Below, one piece after another: positions 16,941 to 25,775 of a DNA stretch of 32,000 nucleotides. Location of the stretch: contig CP008936.1 of assembly GCA_000743035.1 (NCBI GenBank), forward strand, positions 810,001 to 842,000. Reading direction: 5' to 3'. Each line of letters starts with the position of its first letter. The stretch's first letter is position 1. The notes under the pieces are model-generated. The model saw only the letters and a program-made list of their open reading frames with translations, did not search any database and was not told where the DNA came from. The DNA comes from Candidatus Paracaedimonas acanthamoebae. Lineage in GTDB: Bacteria > Pseudomonadota > Alphaproteobacteria > Caedimonadales > Caedimonadaceae. Both the position numbers and the translations under genes were made by a program.

Positions 16941-18071
16941 TTGAATGCAAAACGCGAATGCTATAAAATACCCGGGAGATATAGCTTGAGCTCAAATGAT
17001 GTAGCTTTATTCTCAAAAGAATGGTACTTTTCTGATGAGTGGGAGCAGTTCTCATCTGAAGAATCCATTAGTCGTGAAACGTCAGAGCCATCACGTGGAA
17101 AGCCAATTCTTAATCAAGATGAGATTGAGAGCCTTCTTGATCACTACAAATCGCCTAAAAAGCAAAATATTTCAGGGCTTGAGCATTTAGTAGAGGCTAA
17201 AAATTTATCGTATTATAATCTTGCCTTTTTAGATAAAATTTTAATAGATTTTTCTCAGGAATGCTTAAATAATTGGCGTTCAGCATTGTTAATGAGCGAT
17301 AACTTAGAATACTTTCTAGAGGATAAAAACCTCGTTTCACTTAAACATTATATCGATAAGCCCTTAACTAAGGGAGTAACAAGAGTAATCAAATCTAGAC
17401 AGTGCGATTCGCCTCTTCTTATAAATTTTAGTTCAGAATGTACATATTTACTTATTGAATCTCTTTTGGGAGGTTGTCAAACAACCTCATCACTACAGAA
17501 AAATGAAAGACCATTAACAAGAATTGAAAATAACATTAGTCTTTATTTTATAGGCTCGTTATTAACCGCGCTTGAGAGAGCATTCGGTAAATTTGTTAAA
17601 TACGAATTCTACTTGGAGGAAAAAAATGATTTATGTGACTTAATGCATTTAAATCATTTCTCAAATAATGCTCTTCTTGTTAAATTTATATTGATAATTG
17701 ATTCTTCAACAAGTGCTATTAATATTCTTTTTCCTCTAATTTTTTTAGAGGATCTTAAACAAAAGTTAGAGACAATACATGAGATAGATAGGCAACAATA
17801 TACTGCCATGTGGAAAAAATATTTAGCTAAAGAAATAGAACAAACAAATCTTACAGTAGAAGCCAAATTATCTACAATAACTTCTTCACTGAAAGAAATT
17901 CTCACTTGGAAAATAGGTACTTGCATAACTCTTCCTTTAAAACCTTCTTCACTGATTTCATTAGAATGTGAAGGATTAGAGCTTTTGGAGGGGGAAATGG
18001 GGCAATGTGACAATTCTATTGCAATTCAAATTAAGCGTAATAAACTTAGTTCAATAAAGGAAGACAAATGA
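16941..18071 (+). CDS. fliM: Flagellar motor switch protein FliM homolog
   Basis: An N-terminal CheY-P-binding-like peptide ILNQDEIESLL, a middle domain with RPLTRIENNISLYF, and a C-terminal SpoA/FliN-like block ITLPLKPSSLISLECEGLELLEGEMGQCDNSIAIQI. The start codon is uncertain: there is a TTG at 16941 and no in-frame ATG until well inside the gene. Confidence 0.75.
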   Translation: MNAKRECYKIPGRYSLSSNDVALFSKEWYFSDEWEQFSSEESISRETSEPSRGKPILNQDEIESLLDHYKSPKKQNISGLEHLVEAKNLSYYNLAFLDKILIDFSQECLNNWRSALLMSDNLEYFLEDKNLVSLKHYIDKPLTKGVTRVIKSRQCDSPLLINFSSECTYLLIESLLGGCQTTSSLQKNERPLTRIENNISLYFIGSLLTALERAFGKFVKYEFYLEEKNDLCDLMHLNHFSNNALLVKFILIIDSSTSAINILFPLIFLEDLKQKLETIHEIDRQQYTAMWKKYLAKEIEQTNLTVEAKLSTITSSLKEILTWKIGTCITLPLKPSSLISLECEGLELLEGEMGQCDNSIAIQIKRNKLSSIKEDK

Positions 18072-18484
18072 CATTTTCTATTATTATGGATCTTATTGCG
18101 GTTACTCTTTTGATAGCGACTCTTATCTATGTATTTTTTTTGAATCAGCAATTAAAGAGAAATCGTCATCAGCTAGAAACCTTTATTGAAAATTTCTCAT
18201 CTTCGTTAAACCGCGCAGAGCTCACTATAAGGGAACTTAAAGAATTGAAAGATACAGTTTTAAAAACACTTATCGAGCAGCGCCATAAAGCATCCGTATT
18301 AAAGGATGAACTTGTATTTCTTCTTGATCGAGGTGAAAGCATCTCGCAACAGCTTGAAAAAGAAATTAGAGAAGCTCGGAAAATTAAAAAACCCAGTGGT
18401 TTTTATGATTACCAATCAGCAGCACCTACAGCAAAAACAGAAGAAGAACCTGCTCTGGTTCGTTCTTTAAAAAAAATACGATAA
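18068..18484 (+). CDS. Small membrane-anchored coiled-coil protein, translationally coupled to fliM (DUF6468-like, tentative)
   Basis: Its ATG overlaps the fliM TGA (ATGA). It has one N-terminal TM helix (IIMDLIAVTLLIATLIYVFF) followed by charged, heptad-like sequence. Confidence 0.6.
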   Translation: MTFSIIMDLIAVTLLIATLIYVFFLNQQLKRNRHQLETFIENFSSSLNRAELTIRELKELKDTVLKTLIEQRHKASVLKDELVFLLDRGESISQQLEKEIREARKIKKPSGFYDYQSAAPTAKTEEEPALVRSLKKIR

Positions 18485-18499
18485 ATGTTAGACTTTAAT

Positions 18500-18943
18500 T
18501 TATAAAATTTCTACTTGCAATATACTACCTTCGGCAGATACGATCTTAACTCTTGTCCCTTTGTTGCAGTTTGGTCCTTTAATGCTCCAAATTGTATCTC
18601 CCAATTGAATTTTTCCTTGTCCATTTTCAAGGGCATTCTCTAACGTAAAGACATGTCCAATATACTGATCGGCGCGTCGATTTAATATCGGAGAGTCTGA
18701 AGAATTTTGAGTTCTAGATCTGAAGCGCAAATAAAGCGTAACTGAAGCAACTGAAATGGTTGAAAATAATAACAATTGATAAATTAAACTCAAAGCCGGT
18801 AGGATCCAGATCAAAACTCCTATGATTCCTGCTGAGATTGCGAGCCATAAAAAGAAAGCACCAGGAACTGTTAGCTCAAGTATTAAAAATATAACCCCTA
18901 AGGTCCACCAATGCCATACTGTGACTTTATAGAGAAAAGCCAC
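18500..18943 (-). CDS. NfeD-family membrane protein
   Basis: Three N-terminal TM segments precede a C-terminal OB-fold-like tail (GQGKIQLGDTIWSIKG...GTRVKIVSAEGSILQVE). The GTG start lies 2 nt after the stop of the upstream SPFH gene, which is the classic SPFH-NfeD operon arrangement. Confidence 0.8.
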   Translation of the reverse strand: MAFLYKVTVWHWWTLGVIFLILELTVPGAFFLWLAISAGIIGVLIWILPALSLIYQLLLFSTISVASVTLYLRFRSRTQNSSDSPILNRRADQYIGHVFTLENALENGQGKIQLGDTIWSIKGPNCNKGTRVKIVSAEGSILQVEIL

Positions 18944-18945
18944 TC

Positions 18946-19884
18946 TTAAATTTCCTTTTTCTTTGAAGTATTTGAACCAAAGGCTTCTTTTGCAATCTCG
19001 CTAATTCCCCCTATAGCCCCAATAACACTTGTAGCCTCTAAGGGTAAGAATAATATTTTTTGATTCTCAGCAGCCCCAATTGTTTGTAAGGCGTCAATAT
19101 ATTTTTGAGCAACAAAATAGTTAACTGCCTGAGGATTTCCCTTGGCAATGGTGAGTGAAACAGATTCAATTGCTCTTGCTTCTGCTGTCGCAAGACGTTC
19201 ACGAGCTTCTGCATCTCGATAAGCGGCTTCCTTGCGTCCTTCAGCCTCAAGAATAGCAGATTGTTTTGCTCCATCTGCAATCAAAATTGCAGATTGCTTT
19301 TCTCCTTCTGCTTCCAAAATTGTAGCTCGCTTTTCTCGTTCAGCTTTCATCTGGCGTGCCATTGCATCAACAAGATCTTTCGGTGGTGTAATATCTTTTA
19401 TTTCGACACGCGTTACCTTAACACCCCACGGCGTTGTTGCATCATCAATGACACGTAACAAAGAAGTATTAATTTTTTCACGGTTGGAAAGTAATTCATC
19501 CATATCCATCCCTCCCATAACCGTTCTAATATTAGTCATAGCAAGGTTAATCATTGCACGATCAATGTTAGCAACTTCATATGCAGCTTTAGCCGCATCC
19601 AACACTTGATAAAAAACAACTCCATCTACTTTTATCATGGCATTGTCTTGTGTAATAATATCTTGAGAAGGAACATCGAAGACATTCTCTTGCATGCTAA
19701 TTTTTGCCCCAATCCTGTCTACAAAAGGAATAATGAAATTAAGTCCTGGCTCAAGAGTACGGATATAACGACCAAATCTTTCTACCGTCCACTCATAACC
19801 TTGTGGGACAGACTTCACAGCTAAAAGCACAAATAGAAATGTAAGTGCTAAAAACAAAACCCCAAAAATAAGAGAAAAATCCAT
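18946..19884 (-). CDS. SPFH/band-7 (stomatin-like) protein
   Basis: An N-terminal TM anchor, an SPFH core ([15 protein letters not shown]...[14 protein letters not shown]...DITPP), and a repeated [19 protein letters not shown] coiled-coil region. Confidence 0.9.
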   Translation of the reverse strand: MDFSLIFGVLFLALTFLFVLLAVKSVPQGYEWTVERFGRYIRTLEPGLNFIIPFVDRIGAKISMQENVFDVPSQDIITQDNAMIKVDGVVFYQVLDAAKAAYEVANIDRAMINLAMTNIRTVMGGMDMDELLSNREKINTSLLRVIDDATTPWGVKVTRVEIKDITPPKDLVDAMARQMKAEREKRATILEAEGEKQSAILIADGAKQSAILEAEGRKEAAYRDAEARERLATAEARAIESVSLTIAKGNPQAVNYFVAQKYIDALQTIGAAENQKILFLPLEATSVIGAIGGISEIAKEAFGSNTSKKKEI

Positions 19885-19997
19885 TTAAGCCTCCTTTTTC
19901 ATTATAATATAAAGATTTTTTCACATTTTTGAAAGGATCTTGTGTTTAGATAAAAGTACTCTGTAACAGATGGTAATGCTAAAATAAGAGAATTTAA

Positions 19998-21614
19998 ATG
20001 ATAAGAATTATAGTTTTCATGATTTCTTTATTTTCAATGCATGGCGTAGCACTTGCAAATGCAGCATCGTTATTAGCGCAAATTCATAATAATTTACTAA
20101 ATAAGTTTCAGAATGATGTTTTAACACATGATTTAAATGAAAAAGATCGACAACTTTCTAAATTTTACAAAAGAAATAATTTTAAACCACAATGGATTAC
20201 AGGAGATGGTCCAACTTCTGCTGTATTTATACTTTTAGAAACGATAAAACAAGCAGATACGGAGGGATTGGAACCAAAAGATTACCTGAAGAAAATTCTT
20301 ATGATTGAAAGGTTAATGCAATCTCCTTATACTTTGCAATCTTTAAGTTCTCTTGAAATTCTAGTTTCAGAACTTGCTATGGACTACATTGATGATCTAT
20401 TTGGAGAAAGATTAAATCCTAAAAAAGTAAGCCCTCTACTTTATATTAATCCCTCTTCTATTGATGCCTCTGAGGTTCTTTATAAAGAAGTTGAAAACGA
20501 TCCTTCAGGACAGTGGCTAAAAAATTTCACAATTAATCGCCCTGCCTATCAAGCTCTGAAAAAGATGCTAGCTTCTTATCGTTCTCTTCTCAAACAAGGG
20601 AACTGGTTTACAATTAAATCACCCAAAACTTTTAAAAATTTCCAAAATAACTCTTTACTTGTTTCTCAACTTCAATCAGTACTTAAGCAGTACAATATTT
20701 ATCAAGCAGAAATTAATGGCGTTTTTGATGTAAATACTGAACAATCCCTTGTAAAGTTTCAAAAACTTTTTGGCCAAGAACCAGATGGGTTTTTGGGGCC
20801 AGAAACTTTAAAAACTCTCAATGTATCTCTTGAAGAACGTATAAAGCAAATCATCGTGACGATGGAGAGATGGCGTTGGTTTCCTTATGATATTAAAGAG
20901 AAATATATAATTGTTAATATTGCTGGATTTACTTTAATCGGTTATAAAAACCAGCAAGAAATCTTACAAATGCCTATTGTTATAGGCCAAAAACTTCGAA
21001 AAACTCCTGTTTTTTCGTCTTCAATATTTGAAATTCGCTTTAATCCTACATGGTATGTACCTAGAAGTATTGCGATTAAAGATAAGTTACCTCTTTTAAA
21101 AGAAAATCCACATTCATTAGCGACAAAGGGTTATACTGTACATGATCAAGATGGCAACACTGTAGATCCAATAAAGGTCAACTGGTCAGAAATATCAGCA
21201 TCCAATTTCCCTTTCTCATTAAAGCAAGAGCCTGGAGCTATAAACGCCTTAGGTAGAGTGTTTTTTAATATTCAAAACCCCTTTGGTATCTTCTTACATG
21301 ATACGCCTGATACTCATTTATTCAAAAAGGCTAAAAGGAATTTTAGTTCTGGCTGTATTAGGGTTGCAAAACCTATTGATCTTGCCTTATTTATCTTAAA
21401 AGATTATCAGGATATTAATTTTGAATCTATTCAGGTCAAGATTGATAGCAAACAAACTTCAAACATTCACTTATCAAACCCGATCCCTGTTCATATTACC
21501 TATCTAACAGTTTGGATTGATAAGGAAGGACAATATCATTTTGCAGATGATATATATGGCTTAGATCAAGAAATTTGGAATGCTCTACAGAGACGTACTC
21601 AACTGCTGCAATAA
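19998..21614 (+). CDS. Murein L,D-transpeptidase (YkuD domain, YcbB/LdtD-like, with a peptidoglycan-binding domain)
   Basis: A signal peptide (MISLFSMHGVALANA), a PG-binding-like repeat (LQSVLKQYNIY...VFDVNTEQSLVKFQKLFGQEPDGFLG), and the YkuD catalytic motif FLHDTPDTHLF...FSSGCIRV. Confidence 0.85.
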   Translation: MIRIIVFMISLFSMHGVALANAASLLAQIHNNLLNKFQNDVLTHDLNEKDRQLSKFYKRNNFKPQWITGDGPTSAVFILLETIKQADTEGLEPKDYLKKILMIERLMQSPYTLQSLSSLEILVSELAMDYIDDLFGERLNPKKVSPLLYINPSSIDASEVLYKEVENDPSGQWLKNFTINRPAYQALKKMLASYRSLLKQGNWFTIKSPKTFKNFQNNSLLVSQLQSVLKQYNIYQAEINGVFDVNTEQSLVKFQKLFGQEPDGFLGPETLKTLNVSLEERIKQIIVTMERWRWFPYDIKEKYIIVNIAGFTLIGYKNQQEILQMPIVIGQKLRKTPVFSSSIFEIRFNPTWYVPRSIAIKDKLPLLKENPHSLATKGYTVHDQDGNTVDPIKVNWSEISASNFPFSLKQEPGAINALGRVFFNIQNPFGIFLHDTPDTHLFKKAKRNFSSGCIRVAKPIDLALFILKDYQDINFESIQVKIDSKQTSNIHLSNPIPVHITYLTVWIDKEGQYHFADDIYGLDQEIWNALQRRTQLLQ

Positions 21615-21674
21615 TTTAATTATTCTACGTTCTATTTCAAAATAGAATCTTAAATTCCCACATATTTATAATAA

Positions 21675-21751
21675 TGGTAGCGGAGGAGGGATTTGAACCC
21701 CCGACACACGGATTATGATTCCGCCGCTCTAACCAACTGAGCTACTCCGCC
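21675..21751 (-). tRNA. tRNA with CAT anticodon (elongator tRNA-Met type; lysidine-modified tRNA-Ile2 not excluded), encoded CCA
   Basis: The reverse complement reads GGCGGAG-TA-GCTC-AGTTGGTTA-GAGC-G-GCGGA-ATCATAA-TCCGT-GTGTC-GGGGG-TTCAAAT-CCCTC-CTCCGCT-A-CCA. The 1:72 position is a G-U pair, not the C-A mismatch of initiator tRNA. Confidence 0.9.
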
Positions 21752-21882
21752 TCAAGACTTTAGGTTACAAACCTATACCTCTCTCTTGAACCTCTGTCAA
21801 GGTTTTCAAAGCATTATCTTAGGAAACGATTTATTAATTTCTTTCAGATTATACTCACTATATTAAATTAAAGTGAGAATCT

Positions 21883-22677
21883 ATGGCATCAAAAAATAAA
21901 ATAATTGCTATCATAGGCGGCATGGGGCCAGCAAGTGGAGAATTTTTTCAAGCACTTCTCTTTAATGAAATGCGCACCAATCTTTGCATTCAAAATGACC
22001 AAGAATATATTGATATTATTCATTGTTCTTTTGGAAGTGAAATTCCAGATAGAACTTCTTTCCTAGAAGGAAAGATCAATCTCAACCCAGCAGTTCCTGT
22101 TTTTAAAGTTTTTCAGCAACTTGAAATTATATCGCGTGCCTATAAACGCCCCATTGTTAGCTGTATTTCTTGTAATACATTTTTTGCTCCCCCAATATTC
22201 AATCACTTTAAAGAGTTATGGAATCAAACTCCCTTGCATCACATAAAATATTTAAATTTAATCGAACATACAGTGAGCTTTATTCTAGCTCAATCTCAAC
22301 CTACAGACAAGATCGGCCTTATATCAACCATAGGTGAGAGAAAACTTAAAGTGTATCAAAATGTATTAGAAGAAAGAGGATTGAGAATTTTACACCTTAA
22401 TTTAGAGAATCAGAAAAAGCTTCATCAAGCCATTTATAAGGTCAAAAGTGATCCCTTTCATTCATATGAAGCTCATAAAACAATTTTAGATGCTATCTCT
22501 CTCCTATTATTACAAGGAGCTCAAAAAGTTTTATTGGGATGTACAGAACTTTCCTTAGTCGTAAATCAACATGGATTTAATCCTTCACAACATATTGATC
22601 CATTAAGAATTATTGCACAGGAAATCCTCAAAGAAGCTTTACTTCCAGCCTTTATACCTGACTCTTTAGAATGTTAG
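21883..22677 (+). CDS. Aspartate/glutamate racemase-family amino-acid racemase
   Basis: IAIIGGMGPASG N-terminus, and both catalytic-cysteine motifs are present (ISCNTFFAP and LLGCTELSLV). Confidence 0.8.
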   Translation: MASKNKIIAIIGGMGPASGEFFQALLFNEMRTNLCIQNDQEYIDIIHCSFGSEIPDRTSFLEGKINLNPAVPVFKVFQQLEIISRAYKRPIVSCISCNTFFAPPIFNHFKELWNQTPLHHIKYLNLIEHTVSFILAQSQPTDKIGLISTIGERKLKVYQNVLEERGLRILHLNLENQKKLHQAIYKVKSDPFHSYEAHKTILDAISLLLLQGAQKVLLGCTELSLVVNQHGFNPSQHIDPLRIIAQEILKEALLPAFIPDSLEC

Positions 22678-22708
22678 CGATTTTTCTTAAAAACAGGGGA
22701 TTATATTA

Positions 22709-23596
22709 ATGCAGGGACTCTTATCTAACAAAAAAATGATACTTTTCCAGTTCTTGTACACTTGGGTTGCTTTAGCAAACTCAAATCCTTCCATTTCAGA
22801 AAAGAATTATTCTCAGGATATACAAGATATCGTTATAAGGGGGAAACTTGTTGTTGCGATCTTAAAAACTGATAATCCCCCATTTTTTATGACAAATCCA
22901 GAAGGTAAATTAGAAGGAATAGATATTGAGTTGAGTAATAAAATAGCAAAAGAATTAGGTGTAAGTCTTGAAATAAATCGGACAGCACATACCTATGATG
23001 AAGTTGTGAACCTTGTTGCTTCTGGCGAGGTAGATCTTGGGGTTTCGAAACTCAGTTATACAGATGAGAGAGCTAAAAAAGTTCTTTATACTAAGCCCTA
23101 TGCTATTTTCCGTAAGGCTATGCTTGTTAATCGATTAATATACGCAGGCATTAAACGACACCGTAATGTGGAAACTTTAATAGACCTTTTTTCAAAGTTT
23201 GATTCAAAGATAGGAGTCGTAAAAAGAAGTTCTTATGTGGATTTTGCAAGAAATTTATTTCCTAATGCGTCAATTAATGAAATTGAAACATGGGATCAAG
23301 GCCTTAAATTGCTGCAAGAAGGAAAGCTTCTTGCATTATTTCGTGATGAAATTGAAACACGTAAATTCTTATTATCTCGTCCGGATGCAAATTTAAAATT
23401 GTTATCACTTATTATTAAGTCTCAAGAGGATTCTATTCGTATGGTCGTTCCTCGTAATCGGTTACATTTTCTTTTGTGGATCAATGGGTTCTTAGAAACA
23501 AATCAGATCAAATATGATGCTAATCTGATACTTGAAAAAAATGAAAAATATTTACAAAAATTAAAGGATTTAAAGAGCACAATTGACTATAGATAA
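22709..23596 (+). CDS. Periplasmic solute-binding protein, family 3 (amino-acid-binding type), with no adjacent ABC permease or ATPase
   Basis: A signal-peptide-like N-terminus (ILFQFLYTWVALANS) and an SBP_bac_3-type block GKLVVAILKTDNPPFFMTNPEGKLEGIDIELSNKIAKELGV...DLGVSKLSYTDERAK. Confidence 0.75.
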   Translation: MQGLLSNKKMILFQFLYTWVALANSNPSISEKNYSQDIQDIVIRGKLVVAILKTDNPPFFMTNPEGKLEGIDIELSNKIAKELGVSLEINRTAHTYDEVVNLVASGEVDLGVSKLSYTDERAKKVLYTKPYAIFRKAMLVNRLIYAGIKRHRNVETLIDLFSKFDSKIGVVKRSSYVDFARNLFPNASINEIETWDQGLKLLQEGKLLALFRDEIETRKFLLSRPDANLKLLSLIIKSQEDSIRMVVPRNRLHFLLWINGFLETNQIKYDANLILEKNEKYLQKLKDLKSTIDYR

Positions 23597-23618
23597 GTAA
23601 TTGTGAGGAATAAATTCT

Positions 23619-25772
23619 ATGCTGAAAATTAACTTCAGCTTTAAAAGTCGAAAATTAGAAATAGATATTATTTCTAGTTTTTTTGCTCTTATTCTTATCG
23701 CCTCTTTATCTATTATTTGGTATACTTACCGCAATAGTACACAAGCACTCTTAGACCTTTCTCAGGATCTAATTTCTGAAGTAAGTGAATCTGTAATCGA
23801 AAAGACAATCTCTCCTCTCACGATCGCAAAATCATTATCTGAATTAGGATCAACACTCATTAGAACTGAAGAAGATATCAGTATCAATAATCAATCTCTA
23901 TTAAATTATATTGAGCATACTTTAAGAATCTACCCAACCATTTCAAACTATTATATTGGTAGTAATAAAGGGCGTTTCCTACAAATTAGAAGATTATCTA
24001 ATAAACCAACTTATCGAGCTGATCCCTCTCGCCTACTTCCTGCTCCAGCTAGATTTGCTATACGTGTAATTGATCATTCGCTTACACAGCCAATTGAAAG
24101 TTGGTATTATTTAGATAATGTAGGAAAAATTATTGAGTCAGAAAATATTAGTAAAGTGCTATATGATCACCGTCAGCGTAGCTGGTACTCAGATGTTGCG
24201 CAAGATCGAGAATTTAGATGGAGCTCAATTTACGTTTTTAATACTAATAAGAAGCCAGGCATTACAGCTGCCATGCCTATTCTTGATGAGAATGGTAGGC
24301 TATTCTCAGTAACAGCCGTTGACATTAATATTGATACTTTCTCTAAGTTTTTACAAGAACTGCGTATTGGGAAGCAAGGAGTTACATTTATTATTAATAC
24401 TGATGGACAAATTATTGCACACCCTGATCCATTTCAAACGGTTGAGGCAGACGGAGATGAAATTTCAATGATGTCAATCCAAGATATCAAGGATAAGCAT
24501 TTAAATGCTGCTTTCCAAGAATACCAACAAAGTAAAAATAGTAAATTTATTTTTACTTATAATGGCATCGAATACATTGCTTATTTTAAAGCTTTTCCAA
24601 AATCATTTGAACATAAATGGCTAATTGGAATTGTTGTTCCTACCAACGATATTATTGGCCCTGCAGTGCAAATGCAAAAGCATATTCTTATCATTTCATT
24701 TATTATTCTTATGTTATCCGTTTTTTTTATAGCTTTTCTAGCAAGACGAATTTCTCAACCTATCATGCAACTTTCTGAACAAGCCAGCCAGATCAAAAAT
24801 TTTGAAATTTTTGAATCCGAACCCCTTTCTTCTTATATTTACGAAATCCAAGTTCTTGAAAATTCAATGGCTGCAATGAGACAAAGTCTTAAAACCTTTG
24901 CCAAGTTTGTACCTAAAGCATTAGTAAAAAAATTAGTCCAACGTTCTCAAGAAGTCCGTATAAGTGGAAATATAAAAAGGATTACTCTATTTTTTACTGA
25001 TATTCAGGGATTTACAACAGTCAGTGAATCATACCCTCCTGAAAAACTAATGTCCCATATCTCGGAATATTTTGCTGCCTTATCAGAGATTATCATTCAT
25101 CAAAATGGAACCATAGACAAATATATAGGGGATGCAATTATGGCTTTTTGGGGAGCTCCTTTAAGCGATAAACATCATGCTTTAAATGCTTGCACAGCAG
25201 CTCTATACTGTCAAAAACGTTTAGATGAGCTTAATCGAAAGTGGGAATCTGAAAAAAAACCAATTCTTATAACCAGGATAGGTATTGAGACTGGTGAAGC
25301 TCTTGTAGGGACAATAGGATCTTTCGATCGATTAAATTATACAGCCTTAGGAGACACTGTAAATTTAGCGTCCAGATTAGAGGGCACGAATAAATATTAT
25401 AATACCCGAATTATTATTGGTGAACAAACTCAACGAGAAATTAGAGATGAAGGTGTTATTCGACCTTTAGATAAAGTTTCCGTTAAGGGAAAAGAATCAA
25501 GCGTTACAATCTATGAGCTTATCGCTCTTAAAAATGGAGACCCTAGCCTTTTACCAACAAAAGAGCAAATTGATTTATGTTCACAATTTACGGTCGGATA
25601 TCGTCTCTATCTTGAAAGGCGCTGGGAAGAAGCTTTAAAGCACTTTGAGGAAATGCTTAAAATTTTTGGTAACGATTATCCAACCCGACTCTATATAGAC
25701 AGATGTCAACAATATTTAAAAGAACCACCTCCTGAAAATTGGGATGGTATTTATCATCTAAAGGATAAATAA
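23619..25772 (+). CDS. Membrane receptor-type class III adenylate/guanylate cyclase (TM - dCache-like periplasmic domain - TM - HAMP - cyclase - TPR-like tail)
   Basis: Two TM helices (IISSFFALILIASLSIIWYTY and ILIISFIILMLSVFFIAFLA) flank a periplasmic region of ~310 aa. After the second helix come HAMP-like RRISQPIMQLSEQAS and the cyclase motifs ITLFFTDIQGFTTVSE, YIGDAIMAFWGAP, GIETGEALVGTIGS..RLNYTALGDTVNLASRLEG. Confidence 0.9.
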   Translation: MLKINFSFKSRKLEIDIISSFFALILIASLSIIWYTYRNSTQALLDLSQDLISEVSESVIEKTISPLTIAKSLSELGSTLIRTEEDISINNQSLLNYIEHTLRIYPTISNYYIGSNKGRFLQIRRLSNKPTYRADPSRLLPAPARFAIRVIDHSLTQPIESWYYLDNVGKIIESENISKVLYDHRQRSWYSDVAQDREFRWSSIYVFNTNKKPGITAAMPILDENGRLFSVTAVDINIDTFSKFLQELRIGKQGVTFIINTDGQIIAHPDPFQTVEADGDEISMMSIQDIKDKHLNAAFQEYQQSKNSKFIFTYNGIEYIAYFKAFPKSFEHKWLIGIVVPTNDIIGPAVQMQKHILIISFIILMLSVFFIAFLARRISQPIMQLSEQASQIKNFEIFESEPLSSYIYEIQVLENSMAAMRQSLKTFAKFVPKALVKKLVQRSQEVRISGNIKRITLFFTDIQGFTTVSESYPPEKLMSHISEYFAALSEIIIHQNGTIDKYIGDAIMAFWGAPLSDKHHALNACTAALYCQKRLDELNRKWESEKKPILITRIGIETGEALVGTIGSFDRLNYTALGDTVNLASRLEGTNKYYNTRIIIGEQTQREIRDEGVIRPLDKVSVKGKESSVTIYELIALKNGDPSLLPTKEQIDLCSQFTVGYRLYLERRWEEALKHFEEMLKIFGNDYPTRLYIDRCQQYLKEPPPENWDGIYHLKDK

Positions 25773-25775
25773 TTT

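Noticed and set aside
16864-17055. The 63-aa minus-strand ORF in the accD-fliM spacer
   Set aside because: It is an AT-rich, low-complexity translation (ends ...HHIIFFIII) and overlaps the probable fliM 5' end. No motif or RBS supports it.
19232-19335. Tandem-like DNA repeats (GCAGATTGnTTTnCTCC... twice), and ORFs 19232..19609 and 19261..19458
   Set aside because: The repeats encode the reiterated (L/I)xAEG-KQSAIL coiled-coil motif of the minus-strand SPFH protein. The plus-strand ORFs are antisense shadows. This is not a CRISPR array or a non-coding repeat.
21630-21647. An AT-only hairpin (TTCTATT-TCAA-AATAGAA) after the L,D-transpeptidase gene as a terminator
   Set aside because: The stem has a single G-C pair among its 7 bp and is not followed by a clear U-run, so it is too weak to call.
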